Positions 50,050 through 64,000 of a DNA stretch of 64,000 nt are shown here, piece by piece. Location: contig OZ024743.1 in assembly GCA_964016885.1 (NCBI GenBank), positions 372,000,001-372,064,000 on the forward strand, read 5' to 3'. Position numbers and translations under genes: made by a program. The DNA comes from Eledone cirrhosa (Eukaryota). The notes below the pieces were generated by a model. The model ran no database searches and had not been told where the DNA came from. It saw only the letters and a program-made list of their open reading frames with translations. Numbering within the stretch: the first letter of the stretch is position 1; each line of letters starts with the position of its first letter.

Positions 50050-50690
50050 ACTTTGGGCCAAGGTGCGTTACTGCATACCAGATGGTTCCAGACTGTTGAT
50101 AAATTCAACAAAATAATGAACAGTGTCCTCCCCATCAACAACTTTTGTCAATAGCTTTATAGGATTGGCTACCTCCAGGGATCATTTGTGAGAGATTTTT
50201 GTAGATGGAATTCACTGTGATACTTTCTGGGGAGAGGATTGCTCTTTCACACAGCCACTCTTCATTGGAATGGTGGATTTTGAAATTGGGAAACACTTGA
50301 TTAATTAAGCTATCTTTGCTTTCCACAACAGTACAAAATGATGAAGGATCAAAACATCCAAGTTTCAGAAGTTTTCAAGCAAGCAAACTCTGCAAAAATG
50401 TTGTCACTGTGAAGTTGTGCTCACATGTTGGTTCTTAAATTGAGTTTGGTGATACATGGCCATAAAGTTGACAATTTTAGGCAAGCTCGAACTTGATTGA
50501 CGCGAGTCCCCTTTAATATCACAGGTAAAGTTTGTCAAAAGACCCTGATAAAACGACAGTGATTCCTCCCATCAGTGGACACTTCATCGGATATATTTCA
50601 TTGTTGTAGCACAAACATGGCAGTATCAGAACTCTTGTTGATTTTTTTGCACACATACTTTATAGGTTTCCATCTTCTCCACCATTCTGG
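50050..50690 (-). pseudogene. Helitron helicase fragment
   Basis: QTLPV, VFPN, EWLCERAILSP, FINSLEPSG on the minus strand. Confidence 0.8.
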
Positions 50691-51172
50691 TTTCAGGAAA
50701 AAAGATGAGTGCAATCCCCAGCGGGTGCTTTTTTTAATAAATTTAAATGGCTGAAAGCTTCTTATCTGTAACTCTAAGGGTCCCCTACCTCTCCACCTCC
50801 ATTTTCAGAAAAAGGAGTCATTGGCGAGTGAGTCGGATGTCAGATTGGTTGAACACAAATGAAAATACCCAGAAAAAAAAATTCCCACTGAAGAAATCTC
50901 TGATGTTGGGAAAATCCAAGAGTCCTTACTGCTCTCCACCATTTCGTGTCGGAGAAAAAGTCAATGGTGAGCATGTCAGAGGTCAGATTAGTTGAAAACA
51001 CACAGAAAACCTTAATTATTTCCTATTTTATTTGGTGTTATTAGTGGTTAACAAAGAAACAAACAAACTTCCTTTTCATATGTATTATAGATTTAAGTTA
51101 ATCATAATACATATTTATATAAAACCATGATCCTTTAAGATTCAATAATGCACCTTGGAAAACTGATGTAAA

Positions 51173-51206
<34 letters not shown>

Positions 51207-53441
51207 CAGTGACATATATGTGTACACAGGTGCATATTTTTTATTAGTTCTCCCCACCAACACACACATTTAAAAACAGCTTTGCAGCTCATGCTATATC
51301 ATGAATTATGTCTACTACAGTACTTCATGATCCACAATTAGGTTGAGAGTGCCCGATTCTCTTCTTTACTTAATATAATTTATGTTAGTTTTATTCCAGT
51401 TTAAGGTAACAGGAAGGGAAGTATGAGCTGTGCTTACACATCTGGGTGAAAAGGTCATCTGTTACTGAAGTTTCCTGTTATGTAATTGAGAGACACAACA
51501 AAATAATGTTCTGAGTTGGCACCTGGGTATTTAGTACCCTTGACTAGCCTTACAATGTGAGTCCTTTCTCTTAGTTATTTGCCCATTCTCCTAAATAAAA
51601 TAATTTCAACTTAAATTTTAGTGAGGTGACTAACCTAGTTTTTTGGCACGTCTTAATATGACCGCACTAATAAAATTACTAAGCCTGCATTTTATACCAT
51701 ACAGTCCACACTCACCCATGCCAAATCATGTGACAGGACATAACACCATATGACCCTCTCCACTGCAAAGCTGCTACACAGCAAAGATATTTAGTGATTG
51801 ATTTATTGATTACAGGAAATTATCATATACTTAAGTTAATTATAATACAAATTTGTATAAAACTGTGGGCCTTTAAGTTTCAGTAATGTGCGTCTTTGAG
51901 GTCTGTGTCTTTCTGAGGTATGCTTCCTAATTGACTGTCTGGTTGATCTTAATGGTAGCACCAGCCTTGTACACATGCTAACTCTAGTTTGGCTCTTGTT
52001 CATTTGTTTTTAATAATTTCATTATTTTACATCCTCTCTCCTCTGTAATTACAATTTACTTGACATGTTTAGTGAAATGCTAATCTTTTTCTAAATATCT
52101 GCAGAATTCACAAGGCAATCTTCAAGCTGTCAGTATGTCCAGAATCTGTTTTGACACAACACACACAAGCATTTTCCCCCAAAAAGTTTTTTTTCCACTT
52201 CTTCCTCTTCACACTCTCCTCTATAACATTAATGAAAATTATTCTGTACAGTGCTCAGGTGCACTACAACTTATCCAAGGTGCATGTATAGTATATAGTA
52301 TAATTGTTTCTACGTTAGGCACAAGGCCAGCAATTACTCAGTGTATTACTGGTACTTTATTTTATCGATCCTGTAAGTATAATGTACAAATGTCAGGAAA
52401 GTGTATGAGTCATGATAAACACACATATACACGCGTGCGTGTGTATGGAGGAGGAATATCAGGAAGCATGGAAGTTTTGAAGGATGCAGTGTCCCATCAG
52501 CTAACAACCAATGCGAGCAGTTTGTTCCACGTTTCAGCCACTCTGCGTGTGAAAAAATGTTTCCGAAAGTCATGAGAGCTGTGCTGTTTTCTGACTTTGT
52601 AAGCATGTCCAAGGGTGTAATTCAAAAAGGTGATCAGAGCTGTTGTTGGCAAGATGGTTAATCATTATGTGGATATATACCAAGTCAGTTGCCAGACGTT
52701 GGAGCTTTAATGTAGCCATACCCAGGGAAGCAAGGCTATCAGAGTATGGTAGATGTCTGATGGAGGGTATTTGCTTGGTTGCACGTCTCTGAATAGTTTC
52801 CAGGAAGTCAGTACTCTGATGAAGATAGGGGTTCCAGACTGGTGATGCAAATTCTAAGTGTGGCCACACCATAGCTATATACAGCTTTAAATAAATAGCT
52901 GGAGAGCGGCTGACAAAAGTCTTGCTGAGTGATGCCAAGACACCCTCAGCCTTCTTGACAAGTTTAGAGATGTGCTTTGTCCAATGCAAATTGCTGCTGA
53001 CAATAATTCTCAGGTCACATTCACAAGAAGACTTCTTGAGATTAGTGTTGCGGAGGGAGTATATGAACACCGGGTTTTTCCTCCCAAAATGTATGGTGGT
53101 ACACTTGTCCACAGTCAGCTTGAGTTGCCAGTCCATAATCCATTGCTGCATTGGGTTCAGGTCTGATTGCAGGAAAGATCTATAGTGTACAGGATCTGTT
53201 CTTTGTCATCTGCATATTTCAGCACTGTGGCATTCTTTAAGTTGGAATCTATGTCATTAATATATGTAACAAACGAAAGGATACCAAGAACAGATCCCTG
53301 TGGTACACCAGATGTCACCTTATAGGGTGAAGAAGGCTGTCCTAGAACCGTGGCTACTTCTTTTTAACTCAGAATGAAGGACTTCAACCAGTTATAAAGA
53401 TCATCTCTTACACCCATTGCAGAGAGTTTTGCCATAAGTCT

Positions 53442-53681
53442 TGTAGAAGATCACGCCATCTAGCATCGACTGCCTACACAGTCGCTTAACTGCCCTTAGT
53501 TCTGACGTCAGTGGCTGAGACACACACTTGGACAATAACACTTGAAGACAATAGACGTGCGATAATCACGCAGCGGCTCAAGAGATGACACCAACACCAT
53601 GTGGCAGTATTTGACGTTTTAAACATATTCCCAACCTAGGAGCATTAATGTATTCGTATATATTTTGTAATTGCTCCTACA
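53442..53681. repeat. Possible solo LTR
   Basis: 240 bp bounded by TGTAG...CTACA, interrupting the CR1-like RT; no clear target-site duplication. Confidence 0.4.
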
Positions 53682-53889
53682 TATAAAAAATGTTTTTTGT
53701 AACATAAATTGAGGTATGTCTTTATTCCTTGTTTGAAATGTGCCAGTTAACCATAACCAATTAGACGGGATGATTGACGACCACACCTCGCCTAAAGTCT
53801 TTTGTGTGGCACAGAATTAAAAGCTTTAGCAAAGTCATAAACAACATCCACTAATGAGCCACTATCAGTGATTTGGGTAATGTTTTCAA

Positions 53890-54425
53890 GAAACAATGGA
53901 ATGGTTGCTGCGCAGTATTACATTGCTCTAGGTTGGGCAGCTTTCAACAAGAACAAGCAAGTACTAACATCAAAATGCGTTTCCTATCATTTGAAGGCTA
54001 AGATCTTCGATACTTACATCCTACCAATTGTGTTATATGGTTTTGACCGTGTTTGTTGGACGACAGAGTCACTTCAGAAGCTCTCTACATTCCAGAACCA
54101 CATCATGAGACTTATGACTGGCAAGTGACTCAGCGACAGTATCTGTGAGCTGCTCAACATTACCAAATTTAGACCAATTTAGATCAATTGTCAAGTCAAG
54201 AGTACTTAAACTATACGGTCATATAAAAAGATCAACTTGTGGTGTGAGTAGGTTATGGTTGTTAAGAGAAGCAGAGGCTGGCAGCCGAAATGATGGCTTG
54301 ATAATGTCAACATATGGACTGGACTTGATCTTTGCTCTTTAAACTCTGCTGCTGGTGATTGAACTTTGTGGAGAAAAATATCTCATGTTGGTGCACAGTC
54401 TGCAACTGGTGGAGTTTAGCGTCAC
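53890..54425 (+). mobile_element. 3' fragment of the LINE family seen at 17237-18858
   Basis: High identity to 18280-18830 (ALGWAAFNKNK..YILPIVLYG). Confidence 0.88.
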
Positions 54426-56499
54426 AAAAATAAAAAAAACTCGATGAGTTGATCACAGCAGCTGGGGTTAGGAATAAATCCAAATTGCAAGGGCTGGATA
54501 AGGCTGTGAGAATTCCAGAAGTTTCAGAGTGTTTCTCTGACACAGGATTCCATCAGTTTGGCAATGCAGCTGGTAAGACTGACTGGACGATAGTTGACAG
54601 GCGACGTGCAATCACCTTTTTTGAACAGAGGAATGACACTGGCAGTTTTCCACTGCTCTGGAGTAACAGACAGAATTGAAAGCAGAGTGAAAGCTGATGC
54701 AGAAGAAAGTACCCACCACGTTTGAAAAGCAGGTATCAAGACCAGGAGAGGCATAGTTGCACTTATTCTTAAGGTGACGTTGCAGCATTGCAGGTGTAAA
54801 TTCCATAGTTGTTACAGAATTTGATGTCAGAGGTAGTGGAGATGGTTCTTTTATTTCTCATTTCATCTGATGATGAAGGACTAATGTCTGAATCATTAAG
54901 ACTTGTTTCCTATTATATCAAGCGTTAACCTAAATTATACATATGTTGTACTGTATTGTTTGTTTTGTTGTTTCCGTTTACTTTTCCCATATGTACCTAT
55001 TTATCTCTTTCTCTCTCTCTATATATATATATCGATTGGTATCTGCTCTACTGCAGTTACAACTTTGATTCATGCCTATTATATATATAGTGTGGGAAAT
55101 GGACATTAAACGATGATGATGATGATGATGATGATATTTCATCATCATCATTTAACACCTGCTTTTCCTGCGAACAAAGGTTGGATGGGTCTACATAAAC
55201 CAACTCAGTACTAAGTTAGGCTACTGACCTTACAGATAGGCCAGGTGTCCCCATCTCACTAATGTACGGTCACATATTCTACTGAGTGCACAGGGGTGGT
55301 TGTCATGTCTTTGACGCAACTGAAGGATCCTTCCAAACCTTTGTTTGGCAAGATTTCTATGGTTGGATGCCTTTTCTATCACCAACCACTTTATAGTTTG
55401 TACTGGGTGCGTTTATTATGCAGAACACACACACTAGGAAAGCTGTCATATTTTTGACATGACTGAAGGGCCCTCTGTACATTCTGTTTGACAAGCTTTT
55501 TATGGCTGGATGTCCTTCCTATCATCAACCACTTTATACCATGTACTGGATTCGTTTGTTATGTAAATTACCAACACTAGAAATACGACTGAAGGGTCCT
55601 CTTGAACCTTATTTTTAGGCAAGCTTTCTACAACCGGATGCCCTTCTTGTCACCAACCACCTGTTGGGGGTGGGGCTGGAGTAATAGGAGGGGGAGATTA
55701 TGGCAAGGGTGGTGTGATTTGAGAGGGTGATGGGTGGGGAAGGTATTGCAGTGAACGAGAACACTGTAGTGGTGGAGGTGGGATGGAACTCACCAGTGCT
55801 GGGAAGGGGTGCTGTAGTGAATGGAGAAAATAGCTAAGGAGATAGTGGAGAGGGAATGGGTGGGCAGCTAAGGAGTGCCAGTAGTGGGGGAATTGGTAGG
55901 GTGCATAAGTATGAAGAGAGTGGCTATTAGAGTGTGATAGTGAGGGAATCTAGAGTCTTTTGAGAGTGCAGCAGTTAAGGATTGAATGCTGGTGATGGCA
56001 GGGGAATATGTAGGTGGTGTAGTGATGGTAAAAATAGTTATTAGGGAGTGCTAGTGGAAATGGGGACAAGGGGATAAGGCTACATTGTATACTGTTAGAG
56101 GGTGCTAGTGGAGGGAAGGGGACATGGGGATAAATGAGGTCACCTTGTATGCCGTTGTAGCCTCCATTGGAGTATACTCAATTTGTTTCTTTCTAGCCTT
56201 TGCAGGTTTTCTGCAGTCAAGGACTACGTTTCACTGCTGTGTAGCTTTATTGTTCACACACAGGTATCATAAATCTACATTTCTCTCCGAGAGAAAATCT
56301 CTTTCTTGTCAGCAGCAGTAATAGATTTCAACTTCTTCCAGACTGTTCTAGCTATCACACTTTCTCCTCCACTGGTAATTTGATCGCCTAGATAACAAAA
56401 GCTGTCAACAATTTCTAAGTAGCTTCCCTGGCAACGAAGGAAACTATTTCACGTGTGCTCTTTGTGCTCACACCTCCTGTGCATCTGCCACATATAAAG

Positions 56500-57060
56500 T
56501 TTATCTTTTCCATTAGCCTGCCAGCAATACCACTACATCTCTTGTGTGTCCATAAATTACACTATGTGCATCTTATTGAATTACAGCCAATCCCTTTCTG
56601 ACATATTGAACGAGGTCACTTTCTTGATGATATCACCCTCTTGTCTTTACTTATTAAGGTTTTCATGTTTGCTAAATTTACTTTTAGGCCTTTCAAATCT
56701 AGGTTCTTCTTCCATGCTTGACATTTTCACTCTTAATCTCCTATGCATTCAGCTATGAGGACTAGGTCATCAGCATATAGGAGCTCCTATGGAATGTCAG
56801 TTTTAAATACCTCAGTGATGACCTGGGGTGGACTGAGGACTGATCCCTGGTGAACTCCCACCTGTACTTCAAATTTATCACTGTACTCATTGCCAACTCT
56901 CACTCTGCTGGTTACTCCTCTATACATGGCTTGCACAATCCTCACAAACCTAGTTTCCTAAGTACCCACACATTTCTACACCTAATTTCCTAAGTGCCCA
57001 CCAAATTACAGAGTGTGGGACCCCATTAAAGGCCTTCTCCAGATCTACAAATGCTAGATT
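56500..57060 (-). mobile_element. Decayed RTE RT fragment
   Basis: Minus strand: LAFVDLEKAF, VGVHQGSVLSP, ELLYADDL. Confidence 0.8.
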
Positions 57061-57229
57061 AATAGCTTACTCTGGTCCGTTCATGTTCATTTTTCTGTAA
57101 TTATTTCTCAGTTGTATATATTCATATGTATGTATATGTTTTGAGCTATATATGTGCATGTGTAAATGCTTTGTATCTGTACATGTGTACATGCAGTTAT
57201 TAGATGCAGAATTTTTGGAATGTTTTACA

Positions 57230-60200
57230 TATTTTTACTGTTCCATTAATCGATTGTACTTTACAGCTTCTCAACATTTGTACTGAGACAGTTACTAACA
57301 TATCCCAGTGCCCCAATAATCACAGGTATAAATCTGAAGGTATAGTCAGAGTGGAGTATCTGCAGATTCCTCATTAGTTCTGCATAGATATTCTCCTTTT
57401 CGTTAATCTTTAATATTATATTGGCATCTGACTTCCATTACTGTGCATACCTTCTTTTCCCTGTCTCTTATCATCATATCTGGTCTGTTATGCCTGCATT
57501 TTATTGAAGTTTTGACTGGAACATTCCACCAGTACTCTTTCATATTATGTATGTATATGTCTTGCACATTGATGTAACTTTTAATATGTTTACTGTCGGG
57601 GCTGTATTTTCTCCAGATTGCATTGTATAATGTTTTGGCCACTACATCATGCTTCACAGGTAGAGAGTACCATGATGACATCTTTGGACAGCTGCTTATT
57701 ACATGGGTGAGATCTTCGGTGTTAATTCTGTAGAGTCTGTACTTGTCACATCTAAGTGTTTTGCCTGCATCCCTCTCTCTTTTGTGAATCAGGTATTTTG
57801 TATTGATTTCCTGTTCTTAGATTGTAAAAGCATATCCTTCAAAGTGAGAGCCAATATAACAGTTGTTGATCCAAGGTAGACTACTTTGTTTAACTATATT
57901 ATTCTCTCTTTCGAGTCTCTTGGCAACATATCTATGCATGATTTTCTGCTGATAAGCATGTAGTTTTTCCTCCACGGATTCAATGCGGTATTGCTGGGCA
58001 ATTTCCTTGGGTGGGTGCGAGTTTTTGATTATCATGCAGGGAGTATCTTTCAAGGAGTTCCCTCACAACTATCATGATATTATGTCTTATGTAGACAGAC
58101 TTGCTCAATAGATGGACTCCTATGCTTTGAGGTTCATAGATGTTATTGGAGGGATATGATGAAAGACTCAAATGCTGTCTGGACCGATGTTAGGGCTCTG
58201 CTTCCCTGCTTACCTTTCATTAAGAGGGCTCTTTGCCTCTATTGATGTGGAAGTTTCAGGTGTTGTTTATGATTTTTTATGTTTTAACATCAATTGCTCG
58301 GATTTCGTCTATCGCCCAATCGAGTATTCCAAATATTAGCACAGCAAACACATTGTGAGCCACTGTTTTATTGTGTGCAGAGATTTCAGATGACCATATT
58401 TTTCTTAATCGAGTGTAATATTCCCTGGTTATGTGTTCCTTATTACAAATACCATTATAGGATATATTCTCATCTACCCCTAGGTATCTGTAGCAGTCCT
58501 CATCAGATATTGGTGAAACAGTTAGGCCATTGATAAAAATGTTCCTATATTCTTTGAGAATGTCATAAACAGGTCAAAATTTTTCTTCATCCAATTTATG
58601 TTTTTGGCATAGAGTTTCAAGTCATCCACAAAGATATGAGTTAGGTTCGTATTTCTGTCCTTCTGTGAACCAATTATGTATCCTTCACATTTCTTGAACA
58701 GAAAGGACAAGGTGTTTAATGATAGAATAAATAGTAGCACAGAAAGACTGTCTCCTTGAAATATATTCCTGTGATATTCTATTTTATCTGTTTTTAACTT
58801 TAGGATAGTAACCCAAGAATTAGACAGCTTCTCTATGGCTCTGATAATAGTATCTGTAACTTTAGCAAGTTGGAAGGCCTCTATCATCCAAGAGTGGAGA
58901 ACAGAATCAAATGCCAGACTGTAACCATATTCCTCCTAAGTTGTTGCACCTCTGACATCATGGTTTTATTAATTTGGAGTTATTCAGCACATCTCCAAAC
59001 ACTTTTCTTCCCAGCTGCTTGCTCATGTGATGATGTTATTACTGTCACAGTGATCTTGGAGAAATAGGTTTAGGCAGGCTGTATACATTTTATACATTAA
59101 ATTCTGGCATGCAATGGGTTGGTAGATTTTGCCAAGTGGGTGTCTTTCATCTTGGGGACCAATATTGTTTGTGCTAATGTCAACCACACTGGTATATGTG
59201 CATCTCCTTTGAGAGCTTGTTGGTAGAGGTTGATGAGATACATCTGATAGAATGTCAGTTTTTTTGTACCAGTAGCTGACAATCAAGTCTCTTCCTTATC
59301 TTGGAGTTTTCCTATCACAGTCTCAAGGGTATCATCATTTATTCTGTATGTTTCTGTTGTAGTGAAGGGGCAGTCATTCTTTTGGGTTTCTTTCAGCCAC
59401 ACTGCATCTTGGTTGAAATTCTTCTTTCACTCCATATTTTTCTCCAGAAGGAATCTATGTCTTTCTGGGATGGGGCCTCAGTGACATTTATTACTTTGCC
59501 CTTCATACCTCTACAGACTGATGTTTGGTTTCGTCTGAATCTTTTATTAATTATTTTTCTTTCAGCCACCATCTTCTGTCTCACTGACAGCTCTCAATAC
59601 TTGTTTGAGGGTTATTGGCTGAAAAGTTCTGGTTGTACTGTCTCCAAACATCATTTCTATTTTATTTTTCACTCTTTGTTGGTGAGGGGGGAAGTTTTTT
59701 GTTTTTGTTTGCATGTAAGGTGCATTGTCACATATCCTATAGGTCACCTTTCTTTTTTTCTATTTTAGTATTATATGATGTGTTTTGTTCTTGTTAACAT
59801 ATCTGTAAATTTCAATATATAAATTTCAGTTGTTTATACTGTTGATTTTCCAAGCTAATGGCAAATGTATTATTATCATCAGTGTTTTCCACAACAGTTG
59901 AGGCAGAATCAGTTGATAAATGTGGTGTCAAATTTCTTATCGGCATAGTTGTTTCAAGGGACTGTTCGTGAATTGCTGTTGTTTGTTGATGTTCAGCCTG
60001 GCTGCTAGAAACATGGCAGCCTGTAGCATGTGTTATTGCTTGCATGTTCGATCTGGGGGACTTATAATTGTTTCTACTTTTGGCACTAGGCCAGTGGGGG
60101 ACTTATAATGAATAATGTTCATGTCCCCTTACATTCAACAAACATTGCTTGTTGGCGTAATTGGTTGGCTGTGAGGTGATTTAGCTCTGGTTGTATTTCG

Positions 60201-60240
60201 TCACAGTATAGCTTCATTCTCTTCATATAGCCAATGGAGG
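57230..60240 (-). mobile_element. R4/Dong-like RLE non-LTR retrotransposon, decayed
   Basis: RT motifs plus C-terminal CCHC relic, KHDVVAK and NRPDM..VMEV restriction-like endonuclease motifs. Confidence 0.85.
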
Positions 60241-60429
60241 TATTTTTTTCGCCATTTAATAACAATTAAATAAATCACTATTAAGTTCGTAACTTCAAAA
60301 GAAATGTGATTTATAATTTCAGTTCCTTCTGTAGCTACAACTATAGAAACAACTATAGAAATTGTATGTTCGTGTTCATTATTCCGTAATCATTTCGAAA
60401 TCTGTGGAGAATCCGCTAGTCATTGATTA

Positions 60430-62615
60430 GTAATAAATCCATAACCAGCAAATTCTGGACAAGAGAACTTCAATACTGTCACAGAAAGTAATCAAACACC
60501 TGGAAAAAAACAACCTGGTCCCAAAAGAAGAGAAATGATGCTGCAGAGGCTTATATGGATGCAAAGACCAGTTATTAATAAATAAAGCCATAACTGAAAA
60601 CTGCAAAAACAAAAAAACCTCAGCGTGGCTAGGATTGAACCAAAAATCGTTTGACAGTGTTCCCCATACATGGATACTCAACACACTAGCCATGAATAAA
60701 ATAACAACATTTATGAAACATGCCATGAGTAAATAGCAAACAATAAAAACAGAATCTATCCCATTCAACAGAGGCATATTTCAAGGAGACTCCCTATCAC
60801 CACTGCTTTTCTGCCTAGCATTAACACCACTATCTGCAACACTAAACAGCCTAGGGTATAAAATCTACAATGGGAAAATTAACCATCTCCTATATATGGA
60901 TGATCTAAAGCTGTATGCTACAAATAAAAAACAGCGCCAAACCCTGCTACAAACTGTACATGGATTCACAAAAGAAATAGGCATGAAATTTGGATTAGAA
61001 AAATGTGCCAAGGCAACTCTGAAGACAGGGAAACTAGTGAAAAGCACTAATATCATGTTAGATAAAGAAACAGAAATAAAAGAACTAGATCAAACTCAGA
61101 CATACAAATACTTAGAAATCAACGAACTAGAAAAGATTCAACACACACAGATGAAAGAAAAGATTAGAAAAGAATACTACAGAAGAATTAGGTTAATACT
61201 CAAAACTGAACTAAATTCAAAGAATAAGGTGAGTGGCATCAACACTTTAGCAATCCAAGTAATGAGCTACAGCTTTAACATTCTGAACTGGACACTAAAA
61301 GAACTAGCTGAAATAAATAGAAAAGCAAGAAAAATAATTGTCTCTACTTTAGGCACAAGGCCAGCAATTACCCAGTGCATTACTGGTACTTTATTTTATC
61401 AACCCCGTAAGGATGAAAGGCAAAGTCAATCAGACGTAGAAAGATTATACTTACCAAGAACACAAGGAGAAAGAGATCTTATGCAACTAGAAAATTCTTA
61501 TAAAATAACAACTGTAGGACTACAAAAATATCTAATAAAAAACAAAGGACAGATAATACAAATAGCCACGAAACACGAACAAAACAACATCTGTTCTCGG
61601 TCTTCAAGGAAGCAAAAAATTCAAATCAGAAACTGGACTAATAGATAATAGTGAGGAAAATGAAAACAAACAAAAAACAACAACAGAAGTTGTGAAAGAC
61701 ATAAAATTTAGATTGAAAACTGACATCCAGAATGCCATGATAAAACAAGATAAAAAATCCTTACATGGCCAATACCCCAAAAAGCTAAATAGAAAGGAAG
61801 TAGACAAAGAAAACACAAAACTGACTCCAATGCACTGGACTAAAAGCTGAGATGGAAGGATTTCTAATTGCAGGGCAGGACAAGAGTCTATCCACCAGAA
61901 ACTACCTGAAGTACATAATGAAACAAAGCACAATAAGTAACTGATGTGGAGATAGGGGAGAAATAATCAACCATGTAGTCTCTGGATGCCCAGCTCTAGT
62001 CAAAATGGAATATATCCACAGGTATGATAGAATCGGGACCTTCATACACAGGAAATTATGCCAGAATTATGAAATACCAACAGAAAAAAGATTGTACAAA
62101 CAACACCAGGAAAAGTCTCAGAGAATGACAAAGCAACCATTCTCTGGGATATACCAATACATACAGACAGAGAGATCAAAGCCAACTGACTAGATGTTAT
62201 AGTCAAAGACCACAAAGAAAAACAATGCCTTCTAATAGATGTATCAATCACACAGATGACAATATGTCTTCCAAGGAAATAGAGAAACTCTCCAAATATA
62301 AAGATTTAGAGATAGAAATAACTTGAATGTGGAAAATGAAAACAGAAACAATACATATAATAATAGGTGCTCTAGGAATGATAAAAAAACACACAGCTAA
62401 ATACATAGCCCAAACCCCAGGACTTATATATACAATATATACAGCATACAAAAGATAACATTACTAGGCACTGCACACATATTATGAAAAGTAATAGCAA
62501 TACAATAGAATCAACATCAGCAAAAATTACAGTGCTCCTACCCAAGGCGCACAGAGCTGTGCTTGGTAAGGCAGTAATGATGTACAATAAAAATGATAAT
62601 GGAAATAATAATAAT
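60430..62615 (+). mobile_element. Second R4/Dong-like element with (AAT)n tail
   Basis: GCKDQLLIN, FDSVPH, IFQGDSLSP, YMDDLKLY, HVVSGC, YIHRYDRI, LLIDVS; SINE piece inserted at ~61335-61428. Confidence 0.87.
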
Positions 62616-63020
62616 TGTTTCTACTTTTGGCACAAGGCCAGCAATTACCCAGTGCATTACTGGTACTTTATTTTATCGACCCCATAAGGATGAAAGGAAA
62701 AGTTAACCTCGGCGGGATTTGAATTCAGAATGGCAAGGGCTGTAACTCTATGCGTCAAAGCATGGCGTCCAACCCTCTACCGATACTGCCAATCCACCAA
62801 TAATGCTTTCTTATATAGGCACAAGGCCAGCAATTTTTGGGGAGGGGAAAGTCGATTAAATCGACCCCAGTGCGTGACTGGTTCTTTATTTTATCAACCC
62901 CGTAAGGATGAAAGGCAAATTAACCTCGGCGGGATTTGAACTCAGATCATAAAGGGCTGTAACTCTATTCTGCAAAGCATGGTTTCTGACCCTCTACCGA
63001 TACTGCTAATCCACCGCCCT
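62615..63020 (-). mobile_element. Two tandem tRNA-derived SINEs
   Basis: Two reverse-complement copies of the 38590-38778 family. Confidence 0.85.
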
Positions 63021-64000
63021 AATAATAATATATCATTATCATCATTTAATGTCCATCTTCCATGCTAACATGGGTAGGGTGGGCTGTCCCTTTGTGAGAG
63101 ATCAGGCCTTTCATTTTGAGGGAAAAATTTTTTTGTAGTTAACAGCGGTAATAGATCCCTGAACTTTCTCTAACTTGATCTCATTCTGGCTACTGTACTT
63201 TTGGAACCCCCCCCCCCCCCCACTGCTGATTTTGTCACTAGCTAACAGAAGCTATCTACCACTTCTATAGAGCCCTTTAGGCATTTGAAGGTGATTGTAC
63301 TTTGAGATCTGTTGCTACTTATTGCTCCTGTGCACCAACCGCATGTAAAACTTACATACCCACACACACACATACATATATATATGAGTCATTTGCTATG
63401 ATGATTCACCCTATCAGTCCTAGTTATGTGTTGTTTGTAATTTTTTTTGGAAATATCATGTAGTTTCTATGTGTAGTGCATGTTAATGCATCTACTGCAC
63501 ATACATGCATACATTTAAAACTTTTTTACATACCCTATGGCAACTATATTGTACCCAAACATATATACATATGTTTATTGAGGCATTAAGAAAAGACTAC
63601 GACAATTGCTGTGATAATACACAGTTAGGAATTACTGTGACTAAACAACCAAATCAAATGGATATAGTCTGCAAGCCATCACAAACTCTCGGTTAACATA
63701 GTTTTCCTTCAAATTTAACTTTAACTTGTAATAAATCTTTCCCTTTCTTCTCTGTCAACTTTTAAATCTTAAGTGCTATAGGGTTTACTGGTTGCATGAA
63801 TGTAACAAAACGAGACAATGTTTGTGTATATAATATTTAATTAACGGTAGATAGAATACTTGACATGTCAAAGATAGATGTTAGAATGAAACAAAGTTAG
63901 TAGTTACCGTTTTGATTGCCAGGCAAACGCGGCTGGCAGAGGGCGCCTGGCCTTAGCCAGGCGCCTGTTGGCCAAATTAATGGCAGAGCCAAATGAGAAG

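Larger units (their letters stand above)
52570..54900 (-). mobile_element. CR1/L2-group LINE relic split by later insertions
   Basis: YRPVSLTSCIAKLME (54524-54754); GVPQGSVLG, YADD, HLEFASPVWNPY and IQRRATK (52570-53440). Confidence 0.85.

Overview
Eukaryotic, AT-rich, microsatellite- and transposon-dense DNA; its SINE and (GAT)n-tailed RTE repeats suggest an octopus or other coleoid cephalopod (inference). The whole window appears to lie inside one minus-strand, intron-rich host gene. I could splice nine GT-AG exons of it by hand (43559 down to 10390; 1507 nt, 502 codons, no stop, consistent phases). They encode the C-terminal half of an adenylation (A) domain, a carrier (T/PCP) domain with FFDLGGHSL, and the first half of an NAD(P)H thioester-reductase (R) domain. 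This is an animal NRPS-like A-T-R enzyme whose motifs most resemble the fungal glycine betaine reductase (ATRR) type; both ends of the gene lie outside the window. The introns hold Helitrons, Penelope-like elements with degenerate hammerhead-like motifs, an internally inverted Gypsy element, a nearly intact RTE LINE, a 5'-inverted LINE, R4/Dong- and Hero-like elements, CR1-like, mariner and Tc1 relics, SINEs and minisatellites. No prokaryotic operons or CRISPR arrays were seen.
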